Of a DNA stretch of 64,000 nucleotides, positions 10,301 through 21,429 are shown in pieces (positions within the stretch are counted from its first letter, which is position 1; each line of letters opens with the position of its first letter). Both the position numbers and the translations under genes were made by a program. Location: positions 1-64,000 of the forward strand of contig MU054117.1 in the NCBI GenBank assembly GCA_013239625.1. The letters run 5' to 3'. The notes under the pieces were generated by a model that had not been told where the DNA came from, made no database searches, and worked only from the letters and a program-made list of their open reading frames with translations. Origin of the DNA: Lama guanicoe (lineage: Eukaryota).

Positions 10301-13300
10301 TCTCCTTAGGCATTCTTGACTCTGTTTCCCTAGGACCCTTCACCTGCAGCTGAATCAGCTTTGAGGAGACTCTTAGGGTTACTTTCTCTACTGAGAGGCA
10401 GAAAAAGAGTGAGTGTGCGTAAATAATACCAATGCTGCACCTGAAAGAATGTGGGCTCTTCAGTATTTCAGACCCACACGCTGCCTCCACCACAAGGGCT
10501 TCGCCCCTGTCCACCCACTGGCCCGCCCTTGCCCTCCTCCCCCTCCCTCCCCCCACCGTCCCAGGGCTGGGGGCTGCCTTACAGGGCACTTTGTACTTCT
10601 GGAGACAGTAGGCCAGCTGCATGGGCTGCACTGCTTTCTGCCGGCAATCCTGCATCTTTTCCAGCAGCAGGAGCAGCTGGAAGGGGACACTTCTCTTCTG
10701 CGCCTCAGCTCCCCTGGGCACTGTTATCCTGACGAAAGAAAACACCACGAAATAAAAACATTTTTTTAAACTGACTAAAACTCAGTAAAATAAAATTTAA
10801 AAAAAGACACCACGAGCCTCCGTATCCCCACCGTTCTCAGTGCCAGGTGCACACTAGAATCCCCCAGGAGAACTTCCAAAAGTCTCCACGTCCAGGCCAC
10901 TCTGCAGACTAACTCACTCAGAATTTCTGGGGGTACAGTCCAATAGTCTGAATGTTTAAGTTTCCCAGATGATTTAAATGTACAGATTAGGCTGAGAACT
11001 ACCATGTTAGCAAATCAGCTACAGAGAGTCCCCTGTCGAGACCAGGAGCAGCACAACTGTCCCACCCAGCCCGACAGCCCCCCCAGAGTGCGGGGCAGAC
11101 GCAGGCGGTCCTGGGTCCACAGCAAAGTGGCCAGCCTCAGGCTCCAAACTGAAAGAGCAACTACGGATCTAAGTCCTGGCGAGGGCAACATGAGGGACGG
11201 CCATGTATTCTGGAATGCTGTGTTTCATTACAGGCATCTCTCAAGTGTCCGTGCCCACGGACGGGAAGAAGGAGGAAGTACAGAAGAGCATGCGCAAATA
11301 TACACAGGGCGTGGTGTTTGGTTCCTGAGGGTGTTTGCCAGTCAGTCTGGCTGAGGCTCGGCATTTCTGGGCAGAACCCGCTGAGAAGAAGGGCTCTCAT
11401 AGTGTGTGTACTCGTGTGTGTGTGTGCGTGTGTGTGTGCGTGTGTGTGTGTGTTGAGAAGTCAGTAGGCTCACTGATTGACACTGGTGTGTGTGTGTGTG
11501 TGTACTCATGTGTGTGTGTGTGTTGTTGAGAAGTCAGTAGGCTCACTGACGCTGGTGTGTGTGTGTGTGTACTCGTGTGTGTGTGTGTTGAGAAGTCAGT
11601 AGACTCACTGACTGACACTGGTGTGTGTGTGTGTGTGTGTTTTGAGAAGTCAGTAGGCTCACTGATTGACGCGGTGTGTGTGTGTGTGTGTACTCGTGTG
11701 TGTGTTGTTGAGAAGTCAGTAGACTGACGCTGGTGTGTGTGTGTGTGTACTCGTGTGTGTGTGTGTTGAGAAGTCAGTAGGCTCACTGATTGACACTGGT
11801 GTGTGTGTACTCATGTGTGTGTGTGTGTACTCGTGTGTGTGTGTGTGTACTCGTGTGTGTGTGTGTACTTGTGTGTGTGTGTTGAGAAGTCAGTAGGCTC
11901 ACTGATTGATGCTGGTGTTGTGTGTGTGTACTCGTGTGTGTGTGTGTGTACTCGTGTGTGTGTGTGTGTACTCGTGTGTGTGTTGAGAAGTCAGTAGACT
12001 CACTGACTGACGCTGGTGTGTGTGTGTCTTGAGAAGTCAGTAGGCTCACTGACTGACGCTGGTGTGTGTGTGTGTACTCGTGTGTGTGTTGTTGAGAAGT
12101 CAGTAGGCTCACTGATTGACGCTGGTGTGTGTGTGTTGAGAAGTCAGTAGGCTCACTGATTGACGCTGGTGTGTGTGTGTGTGTGTGTGTGTTGAGAAGT
12201 CAGTAGGCTCACTGATTGACGCTGGTGTGTGTGTGTGTGTGTGTGTGTTGAGAAGTCAGTAGGCTCACTGATTGATGCTGGTGTGTGTGTGTGTGTGTAC
12301 TCGTGTGTGTGTGTGTTGAGAAGTCAGTAGGCTCACTGATTGACGCTGGTGTAGTCCCAACTTCCTTTTAACCAAATCAGTGGCTGTCAATCTGGCCACA
12401 CTTTAGAATTACCTGGGGAGTCTTTCTAAAAAGCACCAATGCTTGGGCCCCACCTGAGATGCCCACCTGGGCCCCAGCTGAAACCAAACATGTGGGGGTC
12501 AAATCAGCATGTATTTTTTTTTAAACTTCTTAGGTGATTACAATGTAGAGACCAGTTTGTACAAAACAAGATCTTCTCTCTGGCAACTTCTGAAAGAAGA
12601 CTTGTCAAAGTCCAAACCACTCCGAATAACTGAAAACACAAAATACTAAACACATCTAACTGCCTGAACAATGGTCTTACCTCTTCAATATCTTGGTGAA
12701 TTCCACGTTCATAGCCAACACCTGAATCAGGGAGTTCAGGCAGCAGGTCTGCCCAAGGTTGTGTAAACCAACCGGACCTGTGACAAGGGTGGGAAGACAC
12801 TGAGGGCAAGGCCCCACCGAGGCCGAAGCATTTTTCTACAACTTCCTACAGACATGAAATCCTACGAAGTACTCCCAGAGGCACAAGGAATTCACAGAGG
12901 AGCTTGCAAACAAACTGGGAAGGAGGGATAAACATGAGCCTTTGAAAAGTGAAACAGCAGCAGAGGTTTTCACAGCCCGTTAGTAAAAGAACTGTCACAA
13001 GAAAGTGCGTCACTTGTCAGTCTGGGAACAAGCAACTGTAAGAGCAAAGGAAAAGAAAGAAACATTACAGAAAGCAAATCTGGGAGGTTTCAGGGCCCCG
13101 CTCCTTCAGGTTGTCCCTACGGAGCTGAGTCAGGACAGGCTGATGTGGGGCTCAGGGACAAGAGCAATTTCCCAGGTAATCGTTTCTGGACTCAGTGGGA
13201 AAGCGCCTGCCCAGTCCCCACCGCACGGTTGGAGGAAATCAGAAGACAGCTCCGAGGGAGACCTGCCCCCTCTAAACTCACCTTGGGAGGCTGGAAGCCA

Positions 13301-13800
13301 CAGGAAACTTACAAGGGTGTGAGAAAACCAAAAGGTGGCATTTCTCTGACCCACTAGCCACCAGCCTCTCCCTCCCCACCCTACCTTGGGATCAGCAGAC
13401 CCCACAAGGTGAGTAATTTCAGAGGGAGGGAGTCCCCCTGGTGTCAGAGGTCCTGGGGAATGGGCTCCGGCATGTGAGACAGGCCAAGAAGAACCTAAGA
13501 ATCTGGGGACAGCCGAGAGCCAGAGAAATCCACTCCCAGACCAGCAGAAGCACCAGGGTCCCAGGTGCCTGCGCACAGGGCAGGGAAGTGCTTCTACGCA
13601 GTCAAAAGAGAAGATGGGGAACCTCGAGCCAGAGGGCAGGCCCAGGCTCCTCCAAGAGACTCTGAGACAGCCCAGGCTGGCCGGCAAATGTCCCCAGGAA
13701 CCCAAGCACCATACCCATTGTGATCTCGTCAAAACCCAGGACACCAGCTGCCAGGCCGCCTTCAGGACCACAGGACCTCACCTCCAGGAGGAGCTTGCAT
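1265..13800 (-). CDS. USP18: Ubl carboxyl-terminal hydrolase 18 (ISG15-specific protease, negative regulator of type I IFN signalling); spliced CDS span
   Basis: Exons 12681-12777, 10583-10728, 7766-7845, 7375-7521, 6883-6978, 6305-6472, 3063-3194, 2537-2586, 1265-1310 join in frame with GT-AG ends (962 nt). Cys box GLHNLGQTCCLNS, QHDAAQL, His box YELFAVIAH...GHY...WFCFNDS and C-terminal ETAYLLVY are present. Start codon uncertain (13800 or 13718). Confidence 0.95.
1505..1722 (+). mobile_element. MER58A-like hAT-Charlie DNA transposon remnant
   Basis: Imperfect TIRs CAGGGGTTGATAAA...TTTGCCAAATCCTG, ~220 bp, characteristic internal 'tttactcccCggccctttacaagagaagtttgc'. Confidence 0.7.
2537..2586 (-). 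CDS. USP18: USP18 exon 10 (VSWEDVQCTYGSHSYRW)
   Basis: gcag|GTG...TG|gtgag; 50 nt. Confidence 0.93.
3063..3194 (-). CDS. USP18: USP18 exon 9, His box (RGGQYELFAVIAHTGTADFGHYCAYVRNRVDGQWFCFNDSNVSW)
   Basis: ttcag|CGT...TGG|gtgag; 132 nt; catalytic His and Asn. Confidence 0.95.
3790..3965 (+). mobile_element. MIR SINE remnant
   Basis: MIR core-like 'cagaggaggaatctgagctcagggaggtagagcaatttacccaagggtcagagc'. Confidence 0.6.
4696..4796 (-). mobile_element. Very short 5'-truncated young L1 3' end with poly(A) and TSD
   Basis: Reverse complement closely matches the L1 3'UTR at ~26285-26380; flanked by GTGCTGG at 4688-4694 and 4797-4803. Confidence 0.75.
6305..6472 (-). CDS. USP18: USP18 exon 8 (VLKLTHLPQTLTIHLMRF...EEP)
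   Basis: tttcag|GTC...CCG|gtgag; 168 nt. Confidence 0.94.
6883..6978 (-). CDS. USP18: USP18 exon 7 (EDSLLCFFQPRELSSKDKCFCESCGRKTCWKQ)
   Basis: gcag|GAG...CAG|gtact; 96 nt; finger-domain CxxC. Confidence 0.94.
7375..7521 (-). CDS. USP18: USP18 exon 6 (VARLQALYTIRVKESFVCLEC...LKTL)
   Basis: ttgcag|GTG...CTG|gtgag; 147 nt. Confidence 0.94.
7766..7845 (-). CDS. USP18: USP18 exon 5 (LFVQHDAAQLYLTVWNLIKDQITDVDL)
   Basis: ccag|TG...TTG|gtaag; 80 nt; QHDA motif. Confidence 0.94.
8515..10262 (+). mobile_element. Composite of old L1 ORF2/3' fragments with an inserted L1 5'UTR-like piece (~9093-9635) and a Tigger1-like terminal fragment (~9645-9701)
   Basis: Degenerate ORF2 peptides (YYKASVIKTVWYWHKDRH; INSKWITGLNVK); 'gcaataaagtgaagcacaataaaa' resembles the Tigger1 end; L1M-type 3' tail at 10075-10260. 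Confidence 0.75.
10583..10728 (-). CDS. USP18: USP18 exon 4 (ITVPRGAEAQKRSVPFQLLLLLEKMQDCRQKAVQPMQLAYCLQKYKVP)
   Basis: tcag|G ATA...CCC T|gtaag; 146 nt. Confidence 0.94.
10830..11003. mobile_element. MER5A-like DNA transposon remnant
   Basis: 'cactagaatcccccaggagaac...tttcccagatgatttaaatgtacag...ctgagaactac' pattern; a similar element lies at ~12378-12560. Confidence 0.55.
11400..12352. repeat. Compound minisatellite: 14 copies of a ~33-bp core (GAGAAGTCAGTAGGCTCACTGATTGACGCTGGT) separated by variable (GT)n[ACTC(GT)n] tracts
   Basis: Counted directly: GAGAAGTCAGTAG occurs 14 times between 11455 and 12330. Confidence 0.95.
12681..12777 (-). CDS. USP18: USP18 exon 3, Cys box (GPVGLHNLGQTCCLNSLIQVLAMNVEFTKILKR)
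   Basis: tcacag|GT CCG...AAG AG|gtaag; 97 nt; catalytic Cys. Confidence 0.95.
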
Positions 13801-13821
13801 GAGCCACCCTTGGCGGGGCCT
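13715..13821 (-). CDS. USP18: USP18 exon 2 (first coding exon); acceptor at 13821; in-frame options MQAPPG-G (13800-13782, donor GAG|GTGAGG) or M-G (13718-13715, donor TGG|GTATGG)
   Basis: Long polypyrimidine tract + cacag acceptor; sequence resembles recalled human exon-2 5'UTR (…ggcagctg…gggttttg…gatcac-ATG); both options end in phase 1 as exon 3 requires. Confidence 0.6.
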
Positions 13822-16800
13822 CTGTGGAAACAGCGCAGGAGGTAAGAGTAAGAAAGGCGATGGGTCGGTTCTGACTCCAAAGAGCCGATCATGGAGGAGG
13901 TAAGTGTCTGGGGAGACTGGCCCACAAGCCCTCGAGCTAGAAATGACACAGCCTCTCCAGGTTCTTTGTTCCCATAGACTCAGGGGAATGAGACATTAGC
14001 TGTGCAGACATCTGTGTGTGTGTGAGAGAGAGAGTTGAAGCTTTCTAAACAGATAATGAAGACGGAGAAGGTTAGGCCTTCAGTTCCAACGGGGAGGCAG
14101 AGGCATGAGACAAGTGAGAGCACATAACCACCGTTATGTTCTAGCTTGGGGTGGGGGGGGAGGTGAAGCGTTTCACACACGTTTATTTTATTACCAATCA
14201 GTTGGAACGTGGAATCAAGGCTCACGGTCTAGGCAGACACACTGTCTTAAGGGGGCATGAAGGATCATTCTCGCTGCGAAGAGCTGACACACAGCAGTGA
14301 AGGCAGAGCTCACATGACTGCTGACAAATCTGAATTACGGACCACAACAATGCTCAGTTTTAATCAGCTGCATGAGAAGTCCTTACAGGCAGATTCCCTT
14401 AGAGCTCTCGCTCTAATAGAAAAGTAGAAGCCAAACCAAGTTTGGGTGGGCAGGCAATGCCCCACGGTGTGACACATGGAGAATATCCAGGTAGAATGAG
14501 ATGAAAAGACAGCCAAGGGGTTTACCAAGTAAACAGACAGCACACAAAGACGTGGTGGGAAAGCTCTAAGTCCCACTGAAGGATGAGTCATCCCCATCTA
14601 GGCCTCTGGCCTAGATCAAGCGGCACCGTATCTAAGTGCTTTCAAAACATCGTATGAAGGCTTACATTTTCCAGATGAAGTAAGACAGTCCCAAAGTGTG
14701 GCTTCAACATCATTATTCAGCTAAGACCTGCTCCTCGGCCTCAGCCTTTGAAAGGCCAAATAACCAAATGCCCACTTCAGTGCCCTTTCTAGTGTCCCTG
14801 CACTGGTGCGCGACCAAGTGATCACTTTTGTTACCACCCTACGTAACCAGTGTGGTTAACTGTTAATATCTAAAAATCCAGTTACAAATGTTCCACAAAC
14901 AATTTAGGGTAGAAAATCTCATATACTTTATATGTTGAGATATAAAAGCATAATTTTCGCTGCAAAAGAAAGATGAATGGTTTGCACTGTTAATTTTATA
15001 CATAAAATTATTATTTTTAAATCTTAAAAAAGGAATAACAAATGAAAACAAACACATACAGGAAAGAGAGAGTAAGCTTGCTAAATAGTTTATAGAGAAT
15101 ATTATATCTTTTTTGGCCTGCAACTTTATTAAATTTTAAAAGTAATTTAGAATTATAGCTAAGACTGTATCAACTCTACATTTTGCAAAATTGTTAGTAT
15201 GCCAGCCTTCTCATAAGAGTAAACAAAATTATCTTTAAGAATTATATTTAAATTTTATTAAGTTATGTAATGCCAATTAAGCCATGAGTCTTTCAAGAAA
15301 AAAATCCTATTTGTGAATTATTCACACTGTGTGAAGATAAATTAAAAACAGAACATCAACTTTACCACCTCAAATTATCATGAGGAGGAAAAACTCCAAA
15401 CATATCCACAAAAAATCAGTAACAAATCACCACTCAATCCAAGTGCAAAAAGAATATTAAAAATCTGAAAACCAAAGCACCCAGAACACAGTTTGTTCTC
15501 ACTGGTCACTCTCCAGAAGTCTGAGACTGCACAAGGGCGCAAGCACACTGCCCTCCGGAGTGAGTGGTCTCCTTCCGGACACGAAAACCTGTTAAGCAAG
15601 TAATGGCTTTAGACTGTCACTCAGTCCAACACTTGGAAATAAAACTCTTGACTTTTGATAGATGTCCAAACTATAAATCCTAAGGACAACACTGCTCTGG
15701 AAAACATGTTCCTAAAAATAATTTTCCTAAATATATTCTACTGTGCACACCAAAAACACAGTGATCAACTTTTACTGTGCTACTTCTGTGCCACGTACAT
15801 CAGCTGTCTGAACAGGCAGAAACAACCAGCCCCTTTTAAACAGCATGGTGGATCAGTGGTGAATTCAGTCAGATTCTCTCTTTGAAAATCTGATTGAAGA
15901 AATATTTATAGACTGGAAAATCAGTTTTTTTAAGTATCAATACCATACGGTTGTCATCAACAGGGGAACAAATGAGATGAAGCCTACAAGTGCTTTAGGA
16001 ATCACAGACATGGTCAGGGCTGGCTTGGTGAGTGCTCAACTTCTGTAGCTGCACAGATCTGCGCTCGGAAGAACCAGCTTGGTTTCATGCACTCTGGCTG
16101 CAGTCTTGAAATTCTTCCTAAGGGTGTAACAAGGAACCCCACGTTTTCACTTTACTACAGGACCCACAAATTATGTAGCCCGTCCTGCAGTGTTCGGTTC
16201 ATGTCCTTCAGTATGTGCTACAGGACAGAAGAACGTAACAGAAATCCTGGTCAAAGAAGAAAAATGGGGGCCAGTTTTATCACTCTTCAGAGATTTTAGA
16301 ATAGTCTTGTCGCATACTCATGTGAGATGTTCAAACACCACGGAATAGCAGACATCAGGTGCTTTAAAGGCTACTCAGACAGTAATGACCACAAAAAACC
16401 TCTAATGCTGTAGCTTGCAGAACGTAGCCCTTGCAGCCTGCACACTGCAAACTACTGAAGTGACCAAAATAAAGTCTTCCTGAGAATCCAAATACTTCTC
16501 ACATGACACCACCTGTAAGATACCCCCGTTCTTCAGTTCCAAAACTGCTACGCATGTGAATACAGGCGAGGGGCAGGTGGCCTCACCTGCAACCGAATTA
16601 TCGAGTTTAACACTCAGCTCATTAGGGCTCTGCCAAAAGGTGCCAAGATGTAGGCAGATGCTGTCATGATTCTAAAAACACAGCCTTTTGAAGAAGTTCT
16701 TCTGAATGCATGGTAATTTTCAGCATGTTTTCCCAAATAATGGATACCAAGAGTACAATTATTATCCTGAGGGGGACTGAGTCCTCAATTTTTTCCTTTT

Positions 16801-17359
16801 GTTTTGCTAAAATATTGGAAATCACCAGTCTAACGTCTGGCTACTAGAAAGCTCTGGACCAGCAGCATCTGCATCACCTGCTGTTTGTTGAAAAGGCAGA
16901 ACTGGAATCTGCACTTTGACATGACTCTTGGTGACTCCTGCGCACATTATCAGTCTAGATGACAAGTACTGACCAACCTCAGCTGCAGAGGGCTGACCAC
17001 GGGCATGCAGGTTGTACTGCAGAGCGCCTACCTTCAAGCCAGTTCATGAAGACTTTTCAGTGTGGTCTCCCTAAAGGTACATGATTTCCTGGCTGCTTTA
17101 TTTCCATTTAAGGAGTTGTCAGTGAAGACCTCATGGTGTTACTTGTGCAGATGTGGAAGACAAGATCTTCCAGTCCAGGTCCACAGCAGCGACCCGCTTC
17201 TCAACCACACACTGCTGCAGGGAGTGGCCCCTGCCACAGCCAGCCTGGACACCAGCCGGGCAACACATTCCACAACCTCAAAAATTATCCTAGTGGATGG
17301 CTGACATTTCTGCCATCCCAGTGCCCCACCTTTTGGTAGCAGACTCATCTTTTCTCTTC

Positions 17360-17790
17360 AAAAGCTATCTCCACTTTCAGACTATGAGGACTGGGTGGAG
17401 CCCACACCCACTGCCTGGCTCAAATGGTGGTCACATGGCCCAGGCTTGGCCATGCAGTGTCCATGGTGGCTGGTTCAGGCATGGTCATGCAGCCCAATCA
17501 GGGCTGATCGTAATCAGGCTCTAGACTTCTTAGATGGGGTTTTAAGCCAGAAGAACGTAAATCAGACCATCTCTTTCACCACAAAGAGAAAACCCACCAG
17601 CCAAGGAAAAGAGCCAATGGCAGGAAACAGAGTCAGGAGATGGAGAAGGAGACAGAATTCTGAGGCCACCAGCGAAGCCCTGGATCCCACCAAGCCTCAA
17701 GCCGCCACCCAACTTCCACGTAGAGCCCCCTCTGCTGTTATTAAAAATAGTCTTGAGATGTGTTCCTGTCTCATGTAGCTGAAAGTGTAC
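17360..17790 (+). mobile_element. Possible old ERVL-type LTR remnant (LTR16/LTR33-like)
   Basis: 'ggttcaggcatggtcatgcagcccaatcaggg...gaagccctggatccc' pattern; by eye only. Confidence 0.4.
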
Positions 17791-19224
17791 CGGTTAACAC
17801 TGAATCTATTCTAGGACTCTCTCTTCAGGAAAGAATTAGAGACACACACAAAGATCTATGCATAAGAGACTTCACCCAAATTCACTTGTGTGGCCTATTT
17901 TCTTTATGTGTTTTACCAATAAAGTGAAATAAAATATTGATAAGAAAAATTACAGCATTTAGAAGATTACGGTAAAATCATCCCATTACCATTTTGTCCA
18001 TTCTTTTAAAGATCTTTTTGTTCCTCCTTAACTAACACAAGATGATTTTTTTAGAGGGGGATTTTCTTGTTGCTGTCAGTTGTCAAAAAATAGAAGTATC
18101 CTTCCAAATCTAAGAGCTGCAGCATTATTTATAACGGCAAAAAAAAAGGGGGGAGGGGGAATGCAACAATAAGAGATAAGTAAATGATGACTACTCATAA
18201 AATGGAATTCTACGCGGACCTTAAAATCATATTAGACTGTTTAAAAAATGGGAAATGACTATATTTCATTGAATAAAAAAGAAATCAAATAAATCATATA
18301 GTATGAACACAATTTTATAAAGCATAAATATAACTACACAGAAAGAGAGAGAGAGAAAAAAGGCTGGGATGAAATATACCAAAAATGTCATTAAAGGGCA
18401 ACTCTAATTGGTGAGATTACAAATCATTTTTGTCTTTTTCTGGATTATTTCTCTTGATTTCCAAATCTCCTGTATTTAATATGTAATTTTAAATAAACAA
18501 TAATTCATTTAATACACAGATTTAGTATCTTTTAAGGGAGCCTTTGTTGGCAATAGTGTTCCTATTCCAAGATCCAAATAGTTAGTGAATTAGGGATGGG
18601 AAGTCTTAGAATTTTTTTCTCAATTCTTTTATAAAATATGAACGACGGATACCATCTGCAGTTGTTCTAACCAAACATTAACTAAGTGCAAGTGGCATAT
18701 ATTAATAAATTCATGTTAAATGGCTCAGATAACAATCTCTTTTCTCAGTAAATCTTTATTTCCAATAGCCATAAACAGTTGTCCCTCTTACAAGGTGCAG
18801 CCTAGGAGAGTTAAAGCAGAAAGATAAATGATGGCAGTTGACAATTCCATGAGTAAAACACAGGACTTTGAGGCCGCACTGAGGTAAATTTGATGAAACA
18901 GAGTAGAAAGGGACCAGCCTGTGTTTTCCAGACATTGGTCTGCCCTCTGCTAAGACTTTGAAAGCACAGCAGTAAAACCCAGCGGAGGTATCACCAGGCA
19001 TGCCATAGGCCAGTTCCAAAGGGCAGCAGCAGAAGGCAGCGACCTTCAGAGCTGATCGCAGAGGAGAAAGACGTAGGCAGGGCAACAAAGAAGGAAACTG
19101 AAACTTAGAGATCTGACAAGGATGGGGAAAGGCAGCGTGAGCCAAGCGGGTGGTGGTGGAGAACAGAGAATGGATATATTCCAAGAAGCTGGACTTTCAA
19201 TCTCAACCCAACTCAAAAACTGGG

Positions 19225-19500
19225 CCCCAACACAGGATTCTTAGGGCAGTGAAACTATTCTGTCTGATACTATACTGGTGGACACAGCCATTACACATTT
19301 CTCAAAACTCAGAGGATGCACAAAACAGTGAAGCTAACATAAAGTATGGACTTTGGATGATAATGATGTGTGATGTAGGTTCATCAACTGTAACAAACTC
19401 AGTAGTGGAGGAGGCTGTGTGTGTCGGGGGCAGGGGGTACATGGGAACTGTCTACTTCTCACTTCGTTTTGCTGTGAAAATTGCTCTGAAAAATAGAGTC
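19225..19500 (+). mobile_element. L1MC-type 3' end remnant
   Basis: 'tagggcagtgaaactattctg...tatggactttggatgataatgatgtgtgatgtaggttcatcaactgtaacaaa'. Confidence 0.65.
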
Positions 19501-21078
19501 TATTGGGTTTGTTTGTTTGTTTAATTTTTTTGGTTCCAAAGATCTAAACTAAATTAGTTCCCACCCTTCCCCAAACTTTTACCCTTAAATGGGAGACATG
19601 AATGATAGAAACAGCTGGCTCAGACCCACCATCATTGTGGCCGCAGAATAACGGGGTCTTGGGAGAAACAGCACAAGACGTGATGTAGGAAACCTGGGCT
19701 GGCCCTGGTCTCTCACAGGGCTCTTGACTCACAACTCGACTCTGCAAGGAAAACTTACTCCATCCTTAAACGCCAAAGACAGACAAAATTAACATGCCTG
19801 CAACATGATACAGCCTCAGTCTTCCAAACCCAACACATCATGACAACAGATTCAGACCTCATTCTTAACCATCTGTTGTGTTTAGTGAGTAGCGGTTACA
19901 TGCTAGGCACACTCTCTCCAGAAGACACAACAGAAAGCATTAGGACTGAACTTGTTCGAGTTTGGGTACATGTTAAATACTTTCCCCTTTGCAAGCCCAT
20001 CATTATGCAAAAGTGCCCAAACTCTGCAACACTTAACAATGAAAAAACAAACAGAAAGCCTTTTTTTTTTCCCCTCAGTTTTTCTATACTGATCCAAAGA
20101 TCAAGATGGAGCTGTGCATCTGTGTTAGTCCACCACCCACCTGGTTCCTATGAGCACATCACATCACGTAGATATCTATGCCTCACTCTCACAACACCAA
20201 AAAGAAATGTTTTTAAATGTTTCACGATATTTGCCCCATTTTTTGAACAATTTCAAAGTACAACTACCTCAATGCTTGAAAACATGAAGTTAAAGGCTCT
20301 GCTTTAGTTTCCAAAACACTTTGAACCCAGATTTTCAGGTGTCATAGAATGAAGTTTTGTGTTTAAAGGTCTAAATTTAGCTTTCTTCTAGGAAATAGGG
20401 GGAGGTGGAGGAGCGGATTAAGACTAAAGTACTCTGCCTTTATAACTAGAAAAAAAAAGTCATAAAACAGAATGACCCCCACCAAAGGAAGCAATGGTAT
20501 TTATATTAAAAAAGACACTCCTACCAGAAACTGACACATTGTAACTGACTATACTTCAATAAATTTTTTTAAAGACAAAAAAAAAGAACTCTGATTTGCA
20601 CAATTTAAGAAAATCGTTCTAATTTCTCAATTTGTATGCCCACTGACTTAGCAATTCTACTTCTAGGAATTTTCCACAAATATAGTCGTATATTCACAGG
20701 ATTGTGACTATAAATGATATTCACTGCTGTATTATCCTTACCAGTAAAACCTGGAAAGAATCTAAATGTCCATGAATCCTTTAAATAAATGACGTAGTTC
20801 TCATCATGCACCAATTTTTTTTAAATGAGGTTGACATATCTGTATGTCTTGCCATGCAAAGATGCCCATCACATATGTTTGGTGGGAAAAAAGCAAATTA
20901 CAGAACCATTTTAAAGACTTGTACATATGAAAATTTCTGGTAAGGTACACACAAAATGCTGAGTTGAGAATTAGGAGAAACTTGTTTCTACATCACGCAT
21001 TTGCCTGCATTTTTTGGAATTTTTTAACAAGCTTCCAACATTTTTGCAATTTCTTTTTTAATTAAAAACCAAAGTCAT

Positions 21079-21245
21079 GGGGAGAGGGTATAGCTCAGTG
21101 GTAGAGCGCATGTCTAGCATGTATGAGGTCCTGGGTTCAATCCCCAGCGCTTCCATTAAAATAAACAAATAAATGAACCTAATTACCTCCCCTCAAAAAC
21201 AAATAAGACCAAAAAAAAAAAGGTAAAAATAAATAGATAAATAAT
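21079..21245 (+). mobile_element. tRNA-derived SINE (vic-1-like, camelid)
   Basis: A box TAGCTCAGTGG, B box GGTTCAATCCC, (TAAA)n linker, conserved 'cctaattacctcccc' and A-rich tail; three related copies in the window. Confidence 0.85.
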
Positions 21246-21429
21246 GAAGGGCAAAATCGTGCAAAAAGCCCAAATAAATATATCAGCGTGGGAAAAATTC
21301 ATGGATCCAACACACGTATGTAACGAATACAGACCGTTATTGTAATTCGCAGAATCCAGCTAAATCCCTTAATTATCCAGGTGGCATCAGAGCAGAGCCC
21401 CGTCGTATCTTCCCTAGAAAGCAAGCTTC

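Noticed and set aside
11397..12112. His/Thr-rich and Val/Cys-rich ORFs
   Set aside because: Translations of the (CA)n/(GT)n repeat
11400..12352. CRISPR-like array (constant palindromic repeat plus variable spacers)
   Set aside because: Spacers are only (GT)n microsatellite, there are no cas genes, and the context is a mammalian intron; it is a compound VNTR
13276..13290. Consensus donor AAG|GTGAGT on minus in USP18 intron 2 as the real exon-2 end
   Set aside because: The frame from ATG 13718 stops at 13602 before reaching it and the nearest acceptor would give a 9-nt exon; cannot be excluded as a cryptic site
21079..21155. tRNA-Ala-like gene (also at 36499 and 55211)
   Set aside because: Followed by SINE body and A-rich tail; copies are diverged and one has a clear TSD, so these are SINE heads
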